Part shown: positions 47,749 through 56,393 of the stretch, in pieces | Position numbering within the stretch: position 1 is the first letter of the stretch | How the letters are laid out: every line of letters begins with the position of its first letter | From: Pseudomonadota bacterium | GTDB taxonomy: Bacteria > Bdellovibrionota_C > UBA2361 > OMII01 | Length of the DNA: 64,000 nucleotides | NCBI GenBank assembly: GCA_038134595.1 | Contig: JAYPVM010000001.1 | Location: forward strand, 355,369 to 419,368 | Reading direction: 5' to 3' | The notes under the pieces: generated by a model | Databases searched by the model: none | Seen by the model: the letters and a program-made list of their open reading frames with translations, nothing else | What the model was told of the DNA's origin: nothing | Position numbers and translations under genes: made by a program

Positions 47749-50091
47749 ATGGGCGAAATTCTAGAAATTGCAATTATCGGCGCAGGGCCCGGTGGAATTG
47801 GCGCCGCTACGAATGCGGCTCGCCATGGAATTAGTCACGTACTTATCGAAAAAGCAGAAGTAGCAAATACTATCTATCAGTATCAGCTTAAGAAATACGT
47901 CATGGCGGAGCCGCAACATCTTCCGCTACGAGCAGAGTGCCGATTCGAGGCTGGCTCAAGAGAGACTATTCTTGAGCAATTCGGAGAGGACCTCGAACGC
48001 CATGGAGTCAATGTCGTCAAAGGAGAGGTTACAGCTATTGAGAGAGAGGGCGAGCTCTATCGAATCTCGTACGGAGACGCATCGTGTTTAGCTAGACATA
48101 TTGTAATGGCAATAGGAGTACAAGGCTCTCCTCGAAAGCTTGGAGTTTCAGGAGACGCTCTGCCGCATGTTTTCTACACGCTTTCAGATCCAGAGGCGCA
48201 TACTGGAAAAGATATCGTTGTAGTTGGAGCAGGGGATGCCGCTATTGAGAATGCCTTGGCGTTGCTTGAACGCAATACCGTAACGCTTATAAACAGAGGT
48301 GCTGAATTTGCACGAGCAAAAGATGCCAATAGTAGAAAGATACTGCAGGCGATCTCATCTGGAGAGATGCGGTGCTTCTACAATACGACCATAGAGAGTG
48401 TGAAAAGTGATACGATCGTTTTAAATACTCCCGAAGGAGAGGTTTCAGTGCCGTGCAATCATATCATTGCGCGGTTGGGATGTGTGCCTCCGAGAAAATT
48501 CCTGGAAGGGGTCGGAATCTCTTTTCCTAGTGCAGATATCAACTCGGTTCCCGTAGTCTCTGAGCGATATGAATCAAATGTGCCGGGGATACACATCATT
48601 GGAGCGCTGATCGGATATCCCCTAATCAAGCAGGCGATTAATCAAGGGTATGAAGTTGTCGAGCATATACGGGGTGCACCGGTTCTTCCTGCAGATCAGC
48701 CGCTTGTAGAGGAGCGCTTTAGTCATATCGAAAACGGGTATGAAAATTATTTTCTGCGACTTCAAGAGCTTTTGCCTCACTTTCAAGAGCTAAGCTCGCC
48801 GCAGATTCGAGAGCTTGTTATCGATTCTTCGGTACATGAGATGAGACCCGTTACGACGGTATTTGAGAAAAACGATTATACCGACACGTTTTGGAGTGTT
48901 TTATCAGGAAGTGTGCATGTTGTTCTCGATGGTGGGGAGCGTACCGTAACGTTATCAGCTGGCGATGTTTTTGGAGAGATGGGGCTTCTCTCCGGTAGAC
49001 GTCGAATGGCGACTATAAAAACCGGTCTAAGTGGTGCAGTGTTGCTTGAAACTCCTCGAAAACAGATCGTAAAGCTTTTAGCCTCCGTGGAGCCTTTTAA
49101 GGTTTATATCGATAGGCTCTTTATGGAGCGAGCTTTAGGCGCATCAGTTTTTGCAGGCGCTTCACACGAGTTTTTAAGTGACTTGGTATCTAAAGCTACG
49201 CTTAAAACCTTCAAGAAGGGCGAGATGCTTTTTGCAGAGGGAGACGAAGGGCATGAGATGTTTTTTATTCGCAAAGGCTCTATCAAAATCTCCCGGAGAA
49301 ATTCAAAAAAAGTCGATATCGCACAAACATATGTACCTGCTGGCCATATCATTGGTGAGATGGCTGTGTTGCAGGACAACGGAATAAGAAGCGCATCCGC
49401 TACTGCCGCTGTGCCCGTTGAAGTAGTAGTGATTAAAAAAAGCGACTTGGATCAATTGCAAGAGCGGTTTCCCGAGGCGTTACACGCTATCGAGCAGGTG
49501 GCAGAGGATCGTGCCATTGAGAACACGCTCGCTGATTGGAGTGAGGAGTCTGCCTCACTTCTAGATTTTATGGTCCAAGAGGGACTTACTGATGCCGAGA
49601 GTGTTTTACTCATAGATTCTAATCTGTGCATTGGTTGTGATAACTGCGAGAGTGCGTGTGCGGCGACTCACGGTGGATATTCAAGGCTTGATCGCAAAGA
49701 AGGCAAGAGTTTTGCTTCGTTGCAGCTTCCGATAGCGTGCCGACACTGTGAAAATCCGTTGTGTATGCTTGATTGTCCACCTGATGCGCTTACACGGCAG
49801 GAGGATGGTGAGGTAGTGATTCGTGATTCCTGTATCGGATGTGGAAACTGTGTTACCAACTGTCCGTATGGTGTGATTAAACTTGTCCACGATGCTCCAG
49901 AGAGTCGATGGTCGCTCTTTGATCTCTTTAAGAAAAAGCAAAAAGATACAGGCCCCGCAAAGGCGGCGAAGTGTGATATGTGTCACGACCACAAGGGAGG
50001 CCCAGCCTGCGTACGCGCGTGCCCAACTGGAGCCGCGATTCGGGTGAATGCCGAAAAGTTAATTCAGATTGCGGGGACAAAGCATGAATAG
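47749..50091 (+). CDS. FAD/NAD(P)-dependent oxidoreductase fused to two cNMP-binding domains and a 4x[4Fe-4S] domain
   Basis: GAGPGG and GAGDAA Rossmann motifs without CxxC; FGEMGLLSGRRRMAT and IGEMAVL...RSASA cNMP cassettes; CIGCDNCESAC, CRHCENPLCMLDCP, CIGCGNCVTNCP, KCDMC...PACVRACP. Confidence 0.9.
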   Translation: MGEILEIAIIGAGPGGIGAATNAARHGISHVLIEKAEVANTIYQYQLKKYVMAEPQHLPLRAECRFEAGSRETILEQFGEDLERHGVNVVKGEVTAIEREGELYRISYGDASCLARHIVMAIGVQGSPRKLGVSGDALPHVFYTLSDPEAHTGKDIVVVGAGDAAIENALALLERNTVTLINRGAEFARAKDANSRKILQAISSGEMRCFYNTTIESVKSDTIVLNTPEGEVSVPCNHIIARLGCVPPRKFLEGVGISFPSADINSVPVVSERYESNVPGIHIIGALIGYPLIKQAINQGYEVVEHIRGAPVLPADQPLVEERFSHIENGYENYFLRLQELLPHFQELSSPQIRELVIDSSVHEMRPVTTVFEKNDYTDTFWSVLSGSVHVVLDGGERTVTLSAGDVFGEMGLLSGRRRMATIKTGLSGAVLLETPRKQIVKLLASVEPFKVYIDRLFMERALGASVFAGASHEFLSDLVSKATLKTFKKGEMLFAEGDEGHEMFFIRKGSIKISRRNSKKVDIAQTYVPAGHIIGEMAVLQDNGIRSASATAAVPVEVVVIKKSDLDQLQERFPEALHAIEQVAEDRAIENTLADWSEESASLLDFMVQEGLTDAESVLLIDSNLCIGCDNCESACAATHGGYSRLDRKEGKSFASLQLPIACRHCENPLCMLDCPPDALTRQEDGEVVIRDSCIGCGNCVTNCPYGVIKLVHDAPESRWSLFDLFKKKQKDTGPAKAAKCDMCHDHKGGPACVRACPTGAAIRVNAEKLIQIAGTKHE

Positions 50092-50106
50092 AGCTGGAGT
50101 ACACGC

Positions 50107-50925
50107 ATGACTACAGAGACTTTTGTCAGCTATAAAAGCTTTCGGTGGCTTTGGATTGCCTGTACTGCGTTACTTGTAAGTGGCTACATCTACTGGCTTG
50201 ATGATCCTATCGGTGGAAGAAATGGAGGAACGCTTGTTGGATACGCACTGGGTGTCATCGCTACGATTGCTGTTGTGTGGCTCATGGCGTACGGACTACG
50301 GAAGCGAAGTTATCATTCATCGCTCGGTACTGTAGAGGGTTGGCTCTCTGCACATGTGTGGATAGGGCTCGGTGTTTTAGTGCTCGTTCCTCTTCATGCT
50401 GGATTTAGCTTTGGAATCAATGTTCATACACTTGCATACGGCTGTATGGTCATAACAATTCTCTCCGGTATCTGGGGGGTGGCTAACTATGCCACGCTCA
50501 CAACAAAGATAACCTCACATCACGGGGGCGCTAAAGAGAGCGCTGTTGTTGAGCAGATGCACGCCATATCAGAGGAGCTTGACCGCCTCTGTGCAGGAAA
50601 AAGTGCTGAGTTTTTAGATATCTTCAATGCATACAATTTTTCATTTCATCCAAGCCTCCGTGCCCTTCTAAAGCGAAACTCCATTCCAGCCATCGACTCT
50701 AAGCGAGTACAACAGCAGATGCAGGGGGTGTCAGAGCAAGAGAGTGCAGATGCCCTAACAATGATTGGACTCCTTGATCAGAGAATCGATCTTGCAAGGG
50801 GGCTCCTTGAACAGGCTCGCATAAAAGCGCTTCTCAAAGTGTGGTTGTATATTCATGTTCCGTGTTCGGTTGCACTGTGTGTAACCCTTGCAATTCATAT
50901 TCTTTCAGTATTTTATTTTTGGTAG
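50107..50925 (+). CDS. Membrane protein with conserved-looking TM histidines (cytochrome b-like)
   Basis: Several TM helices; WLSAHVWIG, PLHAG, NVHTLAY, WLYIHVP, LAIHIL. Confidence 0.7.
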   Translation: MTTETFVSYKSFRWLWIACTALLVSGYIYWLDDPIGGRNGGTLVGYALGVIATIAVVWLMAYGLRKRSYHSSLGTVEGWLSAHVWIGLGVLVLVPLHAGFSFGINVHTLAYGCMVITILSGIWGVANYATLTTKITSHHGGAKESAVVEQMHAISEELDRLCAGKSAEFLDIFNAYNFSFHPSLRALLKRNSIPAIDSKRVQQQMQGVSEQESADALTMIGLLDQRIDLARGLLEQARIKALLKVWLYIHVPCSVALCVTLAIHILSVFYFW

Positions 50926-50933
50926 GACTCGCT

Positions 50934-52586
50934 GTGTTTCGTTTAATATATGAAAAGAAGCGAGAAGATGGAGGCGTTGAACGTCTCGTTCAAGAATTTC
51001 CTCATGATGAGATAACCATCGGAAGAGGGGGTGAATCTACAGTTGTAATTCCGGGGCGACGCCTAGCTTTAGTGCATGCCCGCATGGTGTGGGATGGACA
51101 GGCGCTTGTGGTGGTGGATGCCGGCTCTGTTGCTGGTGTGAGAGCCGAGGGAAGGCGCATCGCGCGAGAGAATCTTGCAAGCGGAGATACTATAGTATTA
51201 GGAGATGTATCGATCCGATGTGAATATGCAAACGGCTCTGTAGATCTCATCTGTCACATCGATGAGGAAGAAAAGATTCAAGTGCGGGCAAAAGACACGC
51301 TTGCAGGCTTGCGCGTAGAGACATACCTGCCCAGTATGCGAGCCTTGTGCCTCGTTGTCGGACTAGCAGCACTTATAGGATGTGGACTATACCCCTTTCT
51401 AGACGGAGATTTTAGTGCCTGGAGTAGCGGGCCAATCGCAAACCCACACAAATTAATTGAAGCCGATTGCCAGAAGTGTCATACAAGCCCCTTTGAGCAG
51501 GTGCCAGATTCAAGCTGTTTGGCGTGTCACTCAATGACAGAGCACGGAAGCTCCAGCATGAATCAAGTAAGAGTGGGGCACCCCGATACTGAAAAGAGGT
51601 GTGCGCAGTGTCACATGGATCACAACGGCACATCGGGACTTATCGAAGAAGATGCTCGCCAATGCACCACATGCCACGCCAACCTCAAACAGCACGCAAA
51701 AGAATCTACATTTCTCGATGTCAGTTCGTTTGCCAAGCACCCGCAGTTTCATATCGCTCTTCTAGACAGTGCTGACCGCACAATTCGCGTTCCAATCGAT
51801 AGTACAGACGCGATAGACCCAGGAACGATACAGCTAAATCACGCAGTTCATCTTGAAGGATTTATCAGAACTCGCACAGGAGAGAAGAAATTGGCGTGCA
51901 ACTCATGTCATGAGTTGTCAGGAGACTTTAAGACCATTAAGCCGATATCATTTGATAACCACTGTAGAGAGTGCCACAGTTTAAGCTTTGATGACAGAGA
52001 TCCCGAACAAGAAGTGCCTCACGGCGATGCTGAGGTGATATTCCCATTTCTCTACACCCATTACACTACACAGACGTTAGAGAGAGAAAACAAGCCTGCA
52101 ACCAAAACCTCTACAATGGATGTTAGTCGTAGGATACCGGGGAGCGAACCCGTTGCTCTCAGTGTAAAAGGCTCTCCGCAGGAGCTAGCTAGAGAAGCCG
52201 AAAGACAGCTATTTACCAAAACAGGATGCGCGCTCTGTCACGGTATAGATGAGAAACCGGTAGAAGAGCGAAAGGAAGACAATGCTCACTACCGAATTAA
52301 ACCTTCAAACATCAAAACCGTGTGGTTGCCCCATGCCCGATTTAGTCACGGTGCGCACGAAGAGTATACCTGTGAGTCGTGCCATGCAGGTGTGCAGAAA
52401 TCAACGAACAGCGGGGATGTGCTCCTTCCAAAGGTGGGGATATGCCAAAACTGCCACGCGGATAATCACAGAAAAGGTTTTGTATCGTCAGATTGCGTGA
52501 CGTGTCATTCGCATCACGATCAGCAGGCTATGGCGCCTGAAAAGAAGCTTGATATTAGGACATACATTCGGTCGTTGATACGGTGA
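50934..52586 (+). CDS. FHA-like domain + TM + decaheme cytochrome c (c3/c7-like)
   Basis: ITIGRG...LVHA...D.GS..G.....G FHA-like pattern; TM LCLVVGLAALIGCGLY; 10 CxxCH motifs; GTG start at 50934. Confidence 0.85.
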   Translation: MFRLIYEKKREDGGVERLVQEFPHDEITIGRGGESTVVIPGRRLALVHARMVWDGQALVVVDAGSVAGVRAEGRRIARENLASGDTIVLGDVSIRCEYANGSVDLICHIDEEEKIQVRAKDTLAGLRVETYLPSMRALCLVVGLAALIGCGLYPFLDGDFSAWSSGPIANPHKLIEADCQKCHTSPFEQVPDSSCLACHSMTEHGSSSMNQVRVGHPDTEKRCAQCHMDHNGTSGLIEEDARQCTTCHANLKQHAKESTFLDVSSFAKHPQFHIALLDSADRTIRVPIDSTDAIDPGTIQLNHAVHLEGFIRTRTGEKKLACNSCHELSGDFKTIKPISFDNHCRECHSLSFDDRDPEQEVPHGDAEVIFPFLYTHYTTQTLERENKPATKTSTMDVSRRIPGSEPVALSVKGSPQELAREAERQLFTKTGCALCHGIDEKPVEERKEDNAHYRIKPSNIKTVWLPHARFSHGAHEEYTCESCHAGVQKSTNSGDVLLPKVGICQNCHADNHRKGFVSSDCVTCHSHHDQQAMAPEKKLDIRTYIRSLIR

Positions 52587-52740
52587 GTAGTATTAGGGGG
52601 AGCGCCTGAAGAAATTCACACGCGTTACCGACGCTTGCAATAGGCAAGCACCAAACATCCATACTGTTTACCGTACCTACACAGAAGCCTGCAATGCACC
52701 TGACGGCCCGCTGCCGAGTGAAAGATGTCTTTTCGCCGCA

Positions 52741-53020
52741 CACCACGCGGCGTCATGTAATGGGGTCCCCTAGGTACGATCAATCGTCCCTTCCCTGCCA
52801 TTAATCAGTAATCGAAAGTCGACAGGAGTAGTTCTGCGCAACGAGAAAAAAGTAGTTTAGTCGTGACTGGTACGATATATCGCCACGCTGCGTCATGTGA
52901 TGGGGTACCCTAGGTACGATCAATCGTTTCTTCCGTGCCATTACTCAGCAACCGAAAGTTGATAGGAGAAGTTCTGCGCAACGAGAAAAAAGTAGTTTAG
53001 TCGTGACTGGTACGATATAT
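52741..53020 (+). repeat. Tandem duplication, 2 x 140 bp
   Basis: Units 52741-52880 and 52881-53020; scattered mismatches in the 5' part, identical 3' part. Confidence 0.92.
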
Positions 53021-53474
53021 CCGGTACGATATATCCTCGAGTGCTAGCTTAAGAACAGGGAAGCGGCTGACTAATATTATGTTCTCCAATTGCCTCCGTG
53101 TTCACCAAAAAGATGATTGCCGATGATAATGCTACCGTGTATAGTCTCTATTAAAATTTATTAAGAGCGAAGGATGGAGTTTAATGGTTCAGAAATTAGG
53201 ATTGATTTTAGTTTTAGCTATTGCTTTCTCGGTAACTGGGTGTTCAAGCAAAGCGGGGCCGTTTGTGACTAGTATCAGTAGCGATGGTGAGGGCGGTATA
53301 GTTGTAGAGAAGTGTATGGTGCGCTTAGACCGCATGATCAACACGGTCGAGAGTGCTGATTGTACAAATACAAACATAGTATTGCGCAAGGTGCGCTGAT
53401 GTGGGGATATATCGTACCGGATATGTCGTACCAGTCACGACTAAACTACTTTTTTCTCGTTGCGCGGAACTTCT
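52967..53474. mobile_element. 70-bp inverted-repeat-bounded cassette carrying a small lipoprotein gene
   Basis: 52967-53036 is the reverse complement of 53405-53474 (2 mismatches); each arm carries an internal GGTACGATATAT duplication. Confidence 0.7.
53184..53399 (+). CDS. Small lipoprotein (71 aa)
   Basis: GGAG RBS; lipobox VTGC; two further Cys. Confidence 0.75.
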   Translation: MVQKLGLILVLAIAFSVTGCSSKAGPFVTSISSDGEGGIVVEKCMVRLDRMINTVESADCTNTNIVLRKVR

Positions 53475-53552
53475 AACTAACACTGGTGCCTGCCAGCAGT
53501 TTTTCACACTAGTTTTTCAAATGCGCTTTAGAAAAGTTTTTGGAATAAACCC

Positions 53553-54662
53553 TTATTTATCGCGATCTGGCAGTCTGTAACTGGTGCTACGTCCGCCTCC
53601 GGAATTCTGAATGAAAATCTCACGCTCCTTTAAATCCTGAATATCCCGCAAGGCTGTATCATTCGAACATTTGGCCAGCTTGGCGTATTTGGAGGTGCTC
53701 ATAAAACCCTCAAAATCATCTTCAAGCATACGGTTAATGATCAAGCGCTGGCGATCATTTACAGGCTTTTGGTTGATTACATGCCAGAGCTGTGCTTTGA
53801 ACAGCACATTACCAAGCGTATCTTCCGCATTGCTGATGGCTCGGCCAAGGCAATCTAAGAACCAGGACAGCCAGTCTGTAATATTAGGTGTAGAGCGTTG
53901 TTGCGCTTCAAGCTGATGATAATACTGCTTGCGCTCTGCCTCAATTTGCGATGACAGACTATAAAAACGATCTGGTGTGCCATCGGCACGAGCAAGCACC
54001 ATATCACCAATAGCTCTGGCGATACGTCCATTGCCATCTTCAAACGCATGGATTGTTACAAACCATAAGTGTGCAATACCTGCTTTGATGACAGGGTCGG
54101 TAGTAGCTTCGGTCGCCAGCCACGCAAGAAACGCTTTCATTTCCTTTTCTAAGCGCGCAGCAGTAGGAGCCTCAAAATGCACCTTTTCTTTACCGATAGG
54201 GCCAGAAACAACCTGCATAGGACCAGCCTCTACTGTTCGCCACCCTCCAACGGTGATTTTGTGCAGGCCGCTACGCCCCGTTGGAAACAAGGCGGCATGC
54301 CAGTCAAAAAGCCGGTCTTTGGTTAGTGGTTTGGAATACTGTTGCGTGGCATCGAGCATCATTTCAACGATGCCTTCAACATCGCGGCTTGCAGGGACAA
54401 GCCCGGCAATGTCAATTCCAAGCCTGCGGGCAATGGATGAACGCACCTCTTCAGGGTTAAGATTCTCACCTTCGATTGCCGATGATTTAACAACATCATT
54501 GGTAAGTGTCCCGAGAGTTGCTTCACGCTTTAGCTCAAAACCAAGGCTCTCCATGCGCCCCAGTAAACGGCCCTGGCGATGGCGTATATCAGCAAGCTTG
54601 GATGCAAGGGATTCTGCATCCCATGTAAAGTTTGGCCAGTTTTGATGTTCATGAATCCACAT
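53553..54662 (-). CDS. Fic family protein (DUF4172 N-terminus, C-terminal HTH)
   Basis: MWIHEHQNWPNFTWD, SSAIEGE, HAFEDGNGRIARA Fic motif, KYAKLAKCSNDTALRDI. Confidence 0.93.
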   Translation of the reverse strand: MWIHEHQNWPNFTWDAESLASKLADIRHRQGRLLGRMESLGFELKREATLGTLTNDVVKSSAIEGENLNPEEVRSSIARRLGIDIAGLVPASRDVEGIVEMMLDATQQYSKPLTKDRLFDWHAALFPTGRSGLHKITVGGWRTVEAGPMQVVSGPIGKEKVHFEAPTAARLEKEMKAFLAWLATEATTDPVIKAGIAHLWFVTIHAFEDGNGRIARAIGDMVLARADGTPDRFYSLSSQIEAERKQYYHQLEAQQRSTPNITDWLSWFLDCLGRAISNAEDTLGNVLFKAQLWHVINQKPVNDRQRLIINRMLEDDFEGFMSTSKYAKLAKCSNDTALRDIQDLKEREIFIQNSGGGRSTSYRLPDRDK

Positions 54663-54665
54663 AGT

Positions 54666-54764
54666 AATCACCGCATTAATTAAGGCGATTATAGGCGGTA
54701 TTCACCGCAAGGTCAAGATAAATCACCGCACGCCATGCGGTGATTATGCAGGCGATTCACCGCA
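54666..54764 (-). promoter_or_regulatory. Fic promoter with TCACCGCA operator-like array
   Basis: Minus strand TTGACC-17-TATAAT (54716-54688); TCACCGCA at 54668, 54702, 54723, 54757 and inverted at 54736. Confidence 0.75.
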
Positions 54765-54975
54765 GAAATAGAATTGTTGTGTAATATCAGTATGCTTGCA
54801 ACTGGTTCCAGTCTACCTTTCCCGCTGGTTATCAATCGACAATAAAGAAACCGAAAGGAAGTATCAGAAGGCTGTTTCAACAACCGCGGCTCTTGTTCTT
54901 CTCATGCCAGGCCACGTAAAAACAGTAATTTGTAGCACCTACCTGATTGAATCACAGAGGTCCAATCACAGAAGC

Positions 54976-55401
54976 CTACTCACAGGGGCTCTCACGTTTT
55001 GTATATGCTATGTGAACGTCATCAGAGACAACCAGCTCCGGCTCTCCAAACGGTACTTTATGTTCTGGAACAACGAGCCAATATCCGGCGGGGTATCGTA
55101 TGCCTGAGCCATCGTCAGTTATGTGATGGAATGAGTTAAATGTGACCGCTAGACTATCGCTGTAGTGTGGCTCTAATTCCCAGGTTGCTTCGGTAGAAAG
55201 TTCCTCTACGCCGTTTGCAGATATTTTTTGCGAATAGGTATAATCGGCTCGGATATCAATACACGAGACACGCACGCCACGCCGAGATTCCCACGAGCCT
55301 ACCAATTGATTCTCGGTGAGACCAAAAGTGCATCCGGCTAATAACATTGTAAATGCGGAGCCTGTGATAAATGCTACGAAACTTGTGCTGGTTCTTTCCA
55401 T
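54976..55401 (-). CDS. Lipoprotein, candidate immunity protein
   Basis: Lipobox LAGC, LVGSW beta-barrel-like start; overlaps the upstream toxin-like gene. Confidence 0.6.
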   Translation of the reverse strand: MERTSTSFVAFITGSAFTMLLAGCTFGLTENQLVGSWESRRGVRVSCIDIRADYTYSQKISANGVEELSTEATWELEPHYSDSLAVTFNSFHHITDDGSGIRYPAGYWLVVPEHKVPFGEPELVVSDDVHIAYTKRESPCE

Positions 55402-56009
55402 GTAAATACCTGTCTTAGATTTCCACCGAAGGGCATCTCGGATCGTTCGTATTCTCGCCCTCGTCCATACAAGAATGATTGCATGCTCGTAGTGTTTTGA
55501 AGCCAGAATTCGATAGTCTTGTTTGGCCGAGGGAAGATGTCAACTCGGTAACTACCGACGAATTGTTCTGTGGGATCAATACCTGCTGTAACAAGTTCAA
55601 TCGGACCAAAGGCACCTTTGAAGTTTGTGACGGCTTCCCATTCGTCAAAGGGCAGTCCTTTATTTTTATTGTAAAAATACTGTCGCGCGCGGTCTACATC
55701 CCAAGCATTAGACATGTTTTGTGACTGAAGCGAGCAGTGTTTGAAGATACGCACAGGCGACCCAGCGCCAAGTGCCCAGTCTGTGAACATACGAATTGAG
55801 TCAGCCCATCCTTTCAGTACAGAGGGTGGCTGACATTGAGCGAAAGTTTGCTTTGGCGCGGAGCGGTGAGTCAGAGTTTCTTCGGAGGCAAGGCTCTTAA
55901 ACCCATCTTCAGAGGGTGCAATCTTTTCGGGTGGCACCATTGAAGGAGCCTCGATGGGGTCTTGATAGTCTTCCTGAGACCCATTTATTGGGGGGATTCT
56001 AGTAGGCAT
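55374..56009 (-). CDS. Hypothetical protein with polymorphic-toxin-like C-terminal domain
   Basis: Pro-rich N-terminus then DPTEQFVGSYRVDI...NTTSMQSFLYG...GGNLRQVFTWKE; start taken at MPTRIPP. Confidence 0.5.
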   Translation of the reverse strand: MPTRIPPINGSQEDYQDPIEAPSMVPPEKIAPSEDGFKSLASEETLTHRSAPKQTFAQCQPPSVLKGWADSIRMFTDWALGAGSPVRIFKHCSLQSQNMSNAWDVDRARQYFYNKNKGLPFDEWEAVTNFKGAFGPIELVTAGIDPTEQFVGSYRVDIFPRPNKTIEFWLQNTTSMQSFLYGRGREYERSEMPFGGNLRQVFTWKEPAQVS

Positions 56010-56393
56010 AAGACATCTCAAACTTGAAACGTAGAGGTTGTACTTGAGGTTATCGTTTATAGGCTTTGAGAAGTTTCGTGCCGTTTCAAAAGTAATATGC
56101 GGGATGGACGCACGGGTTACTTGATGCCATACTTTCTTGAGTAAATTAGCATGTATACCTAGCAGGGTGGTGAAAAATGATTTCCTGTTGCACATTTCGA
56201 TAGTTCGACTGCAACTTCGTTGGAGCCGCCGAAAAAATCCTTGAACGTATCTCAGTGGATACGCCTCCGGTTTTTTCGTTGTCTCCGCCTCGTTTCGTCA
56301 AAACTCTCAAAATGTTCACGACGGAACCTTTTTTCACCACCCTGCTAGTGGCAGAGAGCTGGATATGCACATACAATGAGGTTTTAATTTCCG

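Noticed and set aside
52741..53036. Repeats as a possible CRISPR array
   Set aside because: Only two 140-bp units, no unique spacers, no cas genes
53977..54645. 222-aa plus-strand ORF
   Set aside because: Antisense shadow of the Fic gene
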